Positions 16,435 to 24,039 of a stretch of DNA of 27,139 nt are shown here, piece after piece. Each line of letters begins with the position of its first letter. The stretch's first letter is position 1. Below the pieces are notes generated by a model that saw nothing but the letters and a program-made list of their open reading frames with translations, searched no databases and had not been told where the DNA came from. This DNA comes from Caldisericaceae bacterium (GTDB lineage Bacteria > Caldisericota > Caldisericia > Caldisericales > Caldisericaceae), in contig JALSNB010000300.1 of NCBI GenBank assembly GCA_026987225.1, forward strand, positions 1 through 27,139, in the 5' to 3' direction. Made by a program: the position numbers and the translations under genes.

Positions 16435-16775
16435 GTGAAAAGAAAGGTTGGAAGGATTTGATGCGTGGTTCGGATTTGCCACCGGCATCTTCTCTTGAAT
16501 ACAAAACCGGATCATGGAGAACTTTGCGTCCCATATGGGATCCTGAGAAATGTACGCACTGCATGATTTGTGTTTCATACTGCCCTGATATGGCTATTCC
16601 CGTGAAAGTTACGGAAGAAGGAGTAAAAGGGTTTGGCGGCAGAGTGTATAAAGGAACAGTTCGTTTGGAAACCAATTTTGATTATTGTAAAGGATGTGGT
16701 ATCTGTGCTACTGAGTGTCCTACGCATGCAATCAAAATGGTGAGAGAAGAAGAAGCCGCAAAGGCTTCTAAGTAG
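16431..16775 (+). CDS. porD: 2-oxoacid:ferredoxin oxidoreductase delta subunit (2x[4Fe-4S])
   Basis: YKTGSWRTLRP, CTHCMICVSYCP and YCKGCGICATECP. ATGA overlap with porC. Confidence 0.93.
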   Translation: MSEKKGWKDLMRGSDLPPASSLEYKTGSWRTLRPIWDPEKCTHCMICVSYCPDMAIPVKVTEEGVKGFGGRVYKGTVRLETNFDYCKGCGICATECPTHAIKMVREEEAAKASK

Positions 16776-16778
16776 GAG

Positions 16779-17957
16779 GTGTACGTTATGAGTAAATGGA
16801 AATCGTTAACCGGTGCGCAAGCCGTGGCAGAGGCGATGAGGCAAATAAATCCCGATGTTGTGGCTGCCTATCCGATAACACCGCAAACACCGATTGTGGA
16901 ACAGTTTGCATCATTTGTTGCAAACGGAATTGTGGATACCGAGATGATCCCTGTAGAATCCGAGCATTCGGCAATGTCCTGTACGGTCGGGGCATCTGCT
17001 GCCGGAGCAAGGGCGATGTGCGCAACGGCATCTCAGGGCCTTGCATTGATGTGGGAAGTGGTTGCGGCCGTTCCGGGTTTAAGGCTTCCCATCGTAATGC
17101 CTATTGTTAACAGAGCACTTTCTGCTCCTATTAACATCCATTGCGACCATTCCGATTCTATGGGTGCGACAACTATAGGCTGGATTCAAATTTATTCAGA
17201 AAACGCACAGGAAGCATATGAAAATACGCTTCTTGCAATAAGATTGGCGGAGCATAAGGACGTTTTGCTACCTGTTATGGTGATGCAGGACGGATTTATT
17301 ATAAGCCATGGCGTTGAAAACGTTGAAATTTTTGACGACGACAAAGTAAAAGAGTTTGTTGGTGAAAGGCATCCTGACAGATATCTTTTGGATGTGGACC
17401 ATCCTTATACAATTGGCCCGCTTGCGCTTCCGGACTACTATTTCGAAATTAAGCGTCAGCAGGAAGAAGCAATGGAAAATGCATTGAAAGTATACCTTGA
17501 AGTAGGAGACGAGCTTTCGAAGATATCCGGCCATAAGTATCCTTATTTTGAAGAGTATAAAACCGAAGATGCGGAAGCAATAATTGTTGTTCTTTCTTCA
17601 ACTGCGGGTACTGCAAAAGATGCCGTGGATGAAATGCGTGCAAAAGGTAAAAAAGTAGGCCTAATTAAACCGATACTCTTTAGACCCTTCCCGTATAAGG
17701 AAATGAGAAAAGCGCTCGAGAAATTTAAAGTTATAGGTGTGTTGGATCGTTCCATGGCATTCGGCGCGTATGCACCCCTTTACAGCGAAATAAGGAATGC
17801 TTTATTCGAATCTTCGCAAAAACCGAAACTTCAGAGCTACGTGTATGGTCTTGGCGGCAAGGATATCTTTAAGAGTGATATCGAGAAAGTTTTCGAAGAG
17901 TTGCTTTCGGGAAATGTAAATCCTGAAGAGCAAAGATATATCAGGTTAAGGGGGTAA
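16779..17957 (+). CDS. porA: 2-oxoacid:ferredoxin oxidoreductase alpha subunit
   Basis: AAYPITPQT, VESEHSAMS, ATASQGL, NRALSAPINIHCDHSD and YGLGG. The start may be ATG 16788 given the AGGAGG at 16774-16779. Confidence 0.95.
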   Translation: MYVMSKWKSLTGAQAVAEAMRQINPDVVAAYPITPQTPIVEQFASFVANGIVDTEMIPVESEHSAMSCTVGASAAGARAMCATASQGLALMWEVVAAVPGLRLPIVMPIVNRALSAPINIHCDHSDSMGATTIGWIQIYSENAQEAYENTLLAIRLAEHKDVLLPVMVMQDGFIISHGVENVEIFDDDKVKEFVGERHPDRYLLDVDHPYTIGPLALPDYYFEIKRQQEEAMENALKVYLEVGDELSKISGHKYPYFEEYKTEDAEAIIVVLSSTAGTAKDAVDEMRAKGKKVGLIKPILFRPFPYKEMRKALEKFKVIGVLDRSMAFGAYAPLYSEIRNALFESSQKPKLQSYVYGLGGKDIFKSDIEKVFEELLSGNVNPEEQRYIRLRG

Positions 17958-17960
17958 GTT

Positions 17961-18893
17961 ATGGCTACATTACAAGAGATAATGGCAAAAGAACCGGCCC
18001 TTGCATCAGGGCATAGAATGTGTGCAGGGTGTGGTATCGGCTCAATAGTTAGAACCGTACTTGCCGCATCCGATAAACCGGTAATTGTGGCAAATGCTAC
18101 CGGATGCCTCGAAGTTGTTACCACGATTTATCCTTATTCTGCATGGAAAGTACCGTGGATACATCTGACGTTTGAGAACGCGGCGGCAGTGGCAAGTGGT
18201 ATTGAAACTGCTTACAGAGCATTGAGAAAAAGAGGAAAAATAGGCAAAGAGGTAAATATTGTTGCTTTCGGCGGTGACGGTGGAACTTATGATATCGGGT
18301 TCCAAGCATTGTCAGGTGCACTTGAAAGAGGGCATAAATTCCTCTATGTGGTTTATGATAACGAAGGGTATATGAATACCGGAAACCAGAGAAGCGGTGC
18401 AACTCCGTACGGAGCAAGTACTACTACGGTTCCGGCAGGCAGTAAAAGCTTCGGTAAACCTCAATGGAGAAAGAACATAGTGGAGATAGCTGCAGCCCAC
18501 AGAATTCCGTATGCGGCCACAGCGGCTAACCATAATATCCTTGACCTTTACAACAAAGCAAAAAAAGCATTTGCGGCAGATGGCCCTTCGTTTATTGCGG
18601 CGCTTCAGCCATGTACAACGAACTGGAAGTATGATCCGGCATTAACGATGCGCTATTCTAAACTTGCCGTTGATACGAACTTCTGGCCTCTTTACGAATT
18701 TGATCATGGTAAACTTCACATTAACTATAAACCGAAGAACAGAAAACCCATCGAAGAATTCCTAAAAGGTCAGGGAAGGTTTAAACACCTCTTCAAACCG
18801 GAAAATAAACATGTTATCGAACACATGCAAAAGATGATTGATGAAGAATGGGAAAGACTCCTGAAACTTGAGGAATCGGGGGCAGTGCTGTAA
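17961..18893 (+). CDS. porB: 2-oxoacid:ferredoxin oxidoreductase beta subunit (TPP-binding)
   Basis: CAGCG, ATGCLEV, GGDGGTYDIG...YDNEGYMNTGNQRS (TPP motif) and QPC. Confidence 0.95.
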   Translation: MATLQEIMAKEPALASGHRMCAGCGIGSIVRTVLAASDKPVIVANATGCLEVVTTIYPYSAWKVPWIHLTFENAAAVASGIETAYRALRKRGKIGKEVNIVAFGGDGGTYDIGFQALSGALERGHKFLYVVYDNEGYMNTGNQRSGATPYGASTTTVPAGSKSFGKPQWRKNIVEIAAAHRIPYAATAANHNILDLYNKAKKAFAADGPSFIAALQPCTTNWKYDPALTMRYSKLAVDTNFWPLYEFDHGKLHINYKPKNRKPIEEFLKGQGRFKHLFKPENKHVIEHMQKMIDEEWERLLKLEESGAVL

Positions 18894-18917
18894 GTATATC
18901 TAAAAAAGTTTTTTTGT

Positions 18918-18945
18918 GCCCCGCATTTTTTGTGCGGGGCTTTTT
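18918..18945 (+). terminator. Rho-independent terminator of the por operon
   Basis: GCCCCGCA stem (18918-18925) pairs with TGCGGGGC (18933-18940), followed by TTTTT. Confidence 0.85.
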
Positions 18946-18971
18946 ACTTTATAATTTGTAACGGAGGAATG

Positions 18972-19376
18972 ATGAAGAAAATTATCGTTGCTATAGGATT
19001 AAAAAATAATAATGAACTCACGGACAAACATTTCGGTGATTCTAATTACTTTGATATTTATGAACTTGCAGAAGGTTCTTCCATGAAAAAAATTAAAAGG
19101 ATAGAAAATGTAAAAGTAAAAGAGGAAAAAATACATGGTGATCCTAAAAAGGCAAAGGTAATTGAAAATATTTTGAATGAGACGGATGTATTGGTTGCTT
19201 TCAGGATGGGGCCTAATATTTTAAGGATGAAGAAAAAATTTGTGCCTGTTATAGTGCCTTTTAAGGAATTAGACATGGTAAAGCCGCTATTAGTGGAAAA
19301 TTTTGATGTAATTTTTAAAGAAACATGCAAAGATGGTGAAAAGAATTATATTACTTTAAAACCAAAGGAGGCTTGA
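18972..19376 (+). CDS. NifB/NifX-family (dinitrogenase FeMo-co biosynthesis domain) protein
   Basis: IIVAIG...KHFGDSNYFDIY, DVLVAFRMGP. Start moved from 18930 (inside the terminator) to the ATG after GGAGG at 18963-18967; TATAAT at 18950-18955. Confidence 0.85.
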   Translation: MKKIIVAIGLKNNNELTDKHFGDSNYFDIYELAEGSSMKKIKRIENVKVKEEKIHGDPKKAKVIENILNETDVLVAFRMGPNILRMKKKFVPVIVPFKELDMVKPLLVENFDVIFKETCKDGEKNYITLKPKEA

Positions 19377-20183
19377 ATGGAAAAAAAGGCAGACATTGGA
19401 GTATTTGGAGGATCGGGTTTTTATTCGTTTTTGGAAAACGTGAAGGAAGTAAAAGTAGAGACTCCGTATGGAGCGCCCTCCGATCTTATTGCTATCGGAG
19501 AATATGCGGGGAAAAAGGTTGCTTTTTTACCGAGGCACGGCAAGCTGCATCAGTTCCCGCCGCATAAAATTCCTTACAGGGCAAATCTCTGGGCAATGAA
19601 GAGTCTCGGGGTAAAAAGAATTATTGCACCGACTGCAGTCGGAAGTTTACAAGCGAATATAAAAGTAGGAGACTTTGTGGTGACGGATCAATTCATCGAC
19701 AGAACATCAGGCAGGGAATGCACTTTTTACGATGGCCCTATTACAACTCATGTGAGCCTTGCTTATCCGTATTGCCCCGAGCTCAGGGAAATTGCAATTA
19801 ATGTGCTTAAAGAATTAAGATATCCTTTTCATCCTTCCGGCACTGTAGTCGTAATTCAAGGACCGAGATTTTCTACTAAAGCGGAAAGCGAATGGTTTAC
19901 CAAAATGGGTTGGGATATAATTAACATGACTCAATACCCTGAGGTCGTCCTTGCAAGGGAGCTTGAAATGTGTTACGTCAATATAGCAACTGTTACCGAT
20001 TATGATGCCGGAATAGTTGCAGGCGGAGATGTGGAACCCGTTACTCAGGAAATGGTTGCGAAAAAATTTGTTGAGAATACGGAAAAACTTAAGATTATCA
20101 TCAAAAAGATGATCGAAAGAATTCCGCTGCAGCGTCATTGCAAATGCGGTGAAGTGTTGAAGGGTGCACGTGTCGGTGAGTAA
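19377..20183 (+). CDS. mtnP: S-methyl-5'-thioadenosine phosphorylase
   Basis: GVFGGSG, FLPRHG, PYRANLWA, QFIDRT, QGPRFSTKAES, INMTQYPE, LARE and VTDYD (DxD of MTAP). Confidence 0.95.
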   Translation: MEKKADIGVFGGSGFYSFLENVKEVKVETPYGAPSDLIAIGEYAGKKVAFLPRHGKLHQFPPHKIPYRANLWAMKSLGVKRIIAPTAVGSLQANIKVGDFVVTDQFIDRTSGRECTFYDGPITTHVSLAYPYCPELREIAINVLKELRYPFHPSGTVVVIQGPRFSTKAESEWFTKMGWDIINMTQYPEVVLARELEMCYVNIATVTDYDAGIVAGGDVEPVTQEMVAKKFVENTEKLKIIIKKMIERIPLQRHCKCGEVLKGARVGE

Positions 20184-20186
20184 TAG

Positions 20187-20900
20187 ATGATTCCCCTTAG
20201 AGATACACAGGAAATAAGTATTTTTCCGATTGCAACCATAGGAATTATTTTAGTTAATGTTTTTGTATTTGTATGGATGTACGTTTTTGCTTTTTCGGCA
20301 AAAAATTTTCAGTATGGTTTGACGTTATTCTATGTTAAATATGGGCTCGTTCCTTTTGAAATTACACATGGAAAACTGATTTACCCGACAATTCGGCCGC
20401 TATGGGTTACACTTTTTACATCAATGTTTATTCATGGAGGATTCGGACATATATTAGGCAACATGTGGTTTTTCTGGATTTTTGGTAACAATGTGGAAGA
20501 TTACCTCGGAAGTGTAAAGTTTGTAATTTTCTATATTGCGGGCGGCATTGTCGCAGCACTTACGCAAATTGCAATTAACCCTTCGTCAAAAGTTCCGGTA
20601 ATTGGCGCAAGCGGAGCTATTGCGGCAGTTATGGGTGCCTACTTCTATTTATTTCCGCGTTCCAACATAAAAACCCTTGTTTTTGTGTTTTATTTCGTTA
20701 CGTTTGTTGAAATTCCGGCACCGTTTTTCTTGTTGTTCTGGTTCCTTATGCAGCTTATTCCGGGATTAACTCCGAGTGGTGCTTCACAGGGAGTTGCATT
20801 TTGGGCGCACATAGGAGGTTTTGTGTTTGGCCTCCTTGCAGCAATTGTTATTAAGAAATTGAAAGATAGCGGTAATTTCGGAGAGTATTATTACGGATAA
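20187..20900 (+). CDS. Rhomboid intramembrane serine protease
   Basis: TSMFIHGGFGHILGNMWF, catalytic GASGA and AHIGGF. Confidence 0.95.
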   Translation: MIPLRDTQEISIFPIATIGIILVNVFVFVWMYVFAFSAKNFQYGLTLFYVKYGLVPFEITHGKLIYPTIRPLWVTLFTSMFIHGGFGHILGNMWFFWIFGNNVEDYLGSVKFVIFYIAGGIVAALTQIAINPSSKVPVIGASGAIAAVMGAYFYLFPRSNIKTLVFVFYFVTFVEIPAPFFLLFWFLMQLIPGLTPSGASQGVAFWAHIGGFVFGLLAAIVIKKLKDSGNFGEYYYG

Positions 20901-20922
20901 AATTGAGGAGTTTGAATTAAGG

Positions 20923-21687
20923 TTGAATATCCTTGAGAGGAAAATACTTGCAATGGAAAATATTCTGAGCGAGTATTTTCCTCTTTCAATAGAAAAAATT
21001 CTTGAGAGAAAAGGCCTTAAAATTGCAAGATCAGATAGGGATATCCCCGTATTCGATCGAGAGAAGTTATATCTGCAATTTAAAAGTTATTATTTTAGGA
21101 GGACACTTCACGACTTGTTGTTTCTAAAGAAAATAGACCAAAACAGCAGAGGATTAATCGTAAAAAAATGGGGAAAGAATGTCGATTCTTATCTTGATGT
21201 GGCAAGCAAACTTGGCATTATCCGTTTTGAAAACAATATTTATATCGCTCAGTATCCGGTTTCTTTTATGGGAATTTTGCTTGAATGGTTTATCGGAAAG
21301 TTCCTCAGGGAAGAGTTAAATCTTGAGACTGTAATAAACGTTAGATTAAAGAACCTGCCCGAAGGTGGGGATATAGATATTTTGTCTCGAATAGGAAAGA
21401 ATATAGTAATGATCGAATGCAAGGAAAGTCCTCCGAATAATATTCCAGTTTCGGAGTTAAAGGCAATTAACGAGAGAGTTAGGATATTGAAGTCGGATAT
21501 ATTCCTTTTAGCCATAGATACGACACTTTCGATAAAAAGAAATATAGTTGATAATTTGCAATGGATTTTAAAATCCGAGATTGTTAGAGTTAAAGAAGGC
21601 GTTTACAAGGCAAGCAATAATTTCTTCATAGTAACCGCAAAAAGGGATTTGCTGCAGAATATCGCTTTCTGCATCACGGAGGCTTAA
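20923..21687 (+). CDS. Hypothetical protein with C-terminal restriction-endonuclease-like PD-(D/E)XK domain and possible N-terminal winged helix
   Basis: GILLEWFI...GGDIDIL...MIECKE fits the E...D...ExK active-site pattern. The start is uncertain (TTG 20923 or ATG 20953). Confidence 0.7.
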   Translation: MNILERKILAMENILSEYFPLSIEKILERKGLKIARSDRDIPVFDREKLYLQFKSYYFRRTLHDLLFLKKIDQNSRGLIVKKWGKNVDSYLDVASKLGIIRFENNIYIAQYPVSFMGILLEWFIGKFLREELNLETVINVRLKNLPEGGDIDILSRIGKNIVMIECKESPPNNIPVSELKAINERVRILKSDIFLLAIDTTLSIKRNIVDNLQWILKSEIVRVKEGVYKASNNFFIVTAKRDLLQNIAFCITEA

Positions 21688-22485
21688 ATGGGGTACGGAT
21701 CGATGAAAACAGCCATTCTTTGCAATTTAAAAGAAGAGTATTTTAATGTAAGCGATTTTAATTATCACCATATAAATCCGCATATAGAACGAAAAAAGGC
21801 GTTGTCCCAGTTTGATGAGTTCAAGAAAGCTTTATTAAACGAAGGAGTTAAAATCCTAGAGATTGATGAGTTAAAAGGCCATCCCAATTCGGTATTTGTA
21901 AGAGATACAGCCGTTATTCTAAATGATCGTACTTTTATACGAGTCAATATGGGCTTACCTGCACGTAAAGGTGAGGAAAAGTGGATGGCGGAATTTTTAA
22001 AATCGCACGGATTTGAAGAAGTTGGAGCGATTAATTCTCCTGGAACGGTAGAAGGCGGGGATGTCATTATAAACGGCAACATTGCATTTGTCGGAATTTC
22101 AGGAAGAACCAATGAAAGCGGTGCATTGCAAATTAAATCGATATTAAACAGATTAGGTTACGAAGTAAGAATTGCCAAATTTAAGGGGCCGTTTTTACAT
22201 ATCGGTGGAGGAATGACTTTAATTGGCAATCATACCGTTCTTCACTGCAACAATGCATTTCCTTCCGATTTTTTTAAAGGTTTCGACGAAATAGTTATAC
22301 ACTGCAACGACTTTATAGGTGGAAATGTTGTTGCAATATCGGATAAAAAGGTTATTTCTCTTGTCCAAAACACATTTTTGAATGACCTATTGGTGTTCAA
22401 AGGAATAGACGTTATCCCGTTAAACCTATCCGAGTTTGTAAAGGGAAACGGCGGACCGAGCTGTATGGTTCTTCCCGCGGGATAG
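21688..22485 (+). CDS. Amidinotransferase/DDAH-like guanidino-group-modifying (pentein) enzyme
   Basis: HPNSVFVRDT, VEGGDV, FLHIG and GGPSCM give the Asp/His/Cys catalytic set. GGAGG RBS lies within the upstream gene. Confidence 0.9.
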   Translation: MGYGSMKTAILCNLKEEYFNVSDFNYHHINPHIERKKALSQFDEFKKALLNEGVKILEIDELKGHPNSVFVRDTAVILNDRTFIRVNMGLPARKGEEKWMAEFLKSHGFEEVGAINSPGTVEGGDVIINGNIAFVGISGRTNESGALQIKSILNRLGYEVRIAKFKGPFLHIGGGMTLIGNHTVLHCNNAFPSDFFKGFDEIVIHCNDFIGGNVVAISDKKVISLVQNTFLNDLLVFKGIDVIPLNLSEFVKGNGGPSCMVLPAG

Positions 22486-22486
22486 A

Positions 22487-23926
22487 TCAATTCGGTTTGG
22501 TTTTTCTCAATAGGTAACGAGAATTTTCAGTATGCTTTTTGATTTCGTTTAAAGGCAGTTTTAATTCTCTTGCAAGGATTTCTACGATTCTCGGGCCGCA
22601 AAATCCCATTTGGCATCTACCAAATCCTGCGGACGTTCTGAATTTTACACCCTCTACCGTTTTTGCCCCACGTTTTATCGCTTCAACAATTTCTCCTTCG
22701 GTGACCAATTCGCATCTGCAAATTATGTGGCCGTATTTCGGATCTTTATTTATAAGCTCCATCTGTTTACTCTTGGGTAAATCTCTAAAGCGTGGAATAT
22801 TTTTTCTTATGGGATTAAAGTTTTTGTTCCTCTTTATTTCTATGCCTAAGTCTTTTATCAAGTCTCTTACAAGTGCTGCTATTGCGTATGATGCGGTAAA
22901 TCCCGGTGATTTTATGCCTGCTGCGTTTATAAAACCGAAGGCTTTTTCCGGATAGTTTTCTATAATGAAATCTCCGGTTGATGGTTGTGCCCTTACCCCG
23001 GAAAAGTAAGTGATAATATTTCGAGTATTTAGAGACGGAACGAGTTTTTTCGCGCCGTTAAAAACTTCTGATAAGCCCTCTCGTGTTGTTTCGGTGTTTT
23101 CTTTTTCGCCGATAAGTTCCGAGTTGGGGCCTATGATGATCTTGCCGAATACATCGTAAGCCACAAGAATACCTTTTGAGTCTTTTTGGGGTGCCGGGAA
23201 AATTGTTCGTGAAACTACTTTTCCGATTGCGTCGTCAAATACGAAGTATTCGCCTCTTTTGGGGTACACGTAGAAGCTATCTATACCGGCACTTTTTGAT
23301 ATTTCGTCGGAATGCACTCCGGCAGCATTTATTACAATGTCAAACCGGTGAAATTTGCCGTTGGATACAAGTCCTTTAACTCTGTTTTCTTCTACGACAA
23401 CTCTTTCCACTTTTTCATTGAAATAGAAATTAACTCCGTTTTTAATTGCGTTTTCATACAGAGCTACCGTATAACCAAAAGGACTTACAATTCCGGCAGT
23501 CGGTGCGTACAGAGAGGCAACTACGGAAGGATTTAAGTTTGGCTCAAGTTTTAATGTTTCTTCCCTGCTTAATATTTTAAGATTCGGAACACCGTTTTTC
23601 TTTCCTCTTATAAATAACTCTTCTAACTTGTTTTTTTCTTTGTTATTGAGTGCTACAACGAGTGATCCGTTGCGTTCAAAAGGAAAATCAAGTTCTTCCT
23701 TAAGAGAGGAAAAGAGTGCATTGCCTTTAACGCAGAGTTTTCCTTTAATTGTTCCGGGCATATCGTCGTATCCCGCATGAACAATTGCAGAGTTTGCTTT
23801 GGAGGCACCTCCCGGTGCATCACTTCCTTTTTCAAAAACTGAAATATTAAAATCGTATTTAGAGAGTTCTCTTGCAATGGCACATCCCACAACTCCACTG
23901 CCTATTATTGCAATTTTCTTTTTCAT
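22487..23926 (-). CDS. FAD-dependent oxidoreductase with C-terminal BFD-like [2Fe-2S] domain (GlpA/glycerol-3-phosphate dehydrogenase-like)
   Basis: IIGSGVVG Rossmann motif, ASKANSAIVHAG, YPKRGEYF, FSGVRA, GIKSPGFTAS, and ICRCE...RCQMGFC. Confidence 0.88.
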   Translation of the reverse strand: MKKKIAIIGSGVVGCAIARELSKYDFNISVFEKGSDAPGGASKANSAIVHAGYDDMPGTIKGKLCVKGNALFSSLKEELDFPFERNGSLVVALNNKEKNKLEELFIRGKKNGVPNLKILSREETLKLEPNLNPSVVASLYAPTAGIVSPFGYTVALYENAIKNGVNFYFNEKVERVVVEENRVKGLVSNGKFHRFDIVINAAGVHSDEISKSAGIDSFYVYPKRGEYFVFDDAIGKVVSRTIFPAPQKDSKGILVAYDVFGKIIIGPNSELIGEKENTETTREGLSEVFNGAKKLVPSLNTRNIITYFSGVRAQPSTGDFIIENYPEKAFGFINAAGIKSPGFTASYAIAALVRDLIKDLGIEIKRNKNFNPIRKNIPRFRDLPKSKQMELINKDPKYGHIICRCELVTEGEIVEAIKRGAKTVEGVKFRTSAGFGRCQMGFCGPRIVEILARELKLPLNEIKKHTENSRYLLRKTKPN

Positions 23927-23985
23927 ACAGCCATTTTAAGCACTTTGCGGATTTTTAAAAGGTCTTCTGCATATGTATTTGATTG

Positions 23986-24013
23986 TTGCTTTTATTCAGT
24001 GAAATGCTATAAT
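23986..24013 (+). promoter_or_regulatory. Putative sigma70 promoter TTGCTT-N16-TATAAT with extended -10 TG
   Basis: TTGCTT at 23986-23991, TGcTATAAT at 24005-24013, AGGAGGTG RBS at 24028-24035 before ATG 24040. Confidence 0.75.
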
Positions 24014-24039
24014 AATAAGCTTTTTATAGGAGGTGAAAG

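Noticed and set aside
15865-18893. Definite pyruvate specificity for the oxidoreductase
   Set aside because: Four-subunit pyruvate and 2-ketoisovalerate enzymes cannot be told apart by eye. The por symbols indicate family only.
18930-18971. Upstream start of the NifX-like ORF given in the track
   Set aside because: It falls inside the por terminator hairpin with no RBS. GGAGG at 18963-18967 supports the downstream ATG.
7318-19376. Nitrogen fixation suggested by two NifB/NifX-like domains
   Set aside because: This domain family is widespread in non-diazotrophic anaerobes, and no nifHDK or nifEN is present.
23927-24039. Riboswitch, sRNA or operator in the largest intergenic region
   Set aside because: Only 113 nt, mostly taken up by two promoters and an RBS. 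The only symmetry is a short TTTTAAAA palindrome expected by chance.
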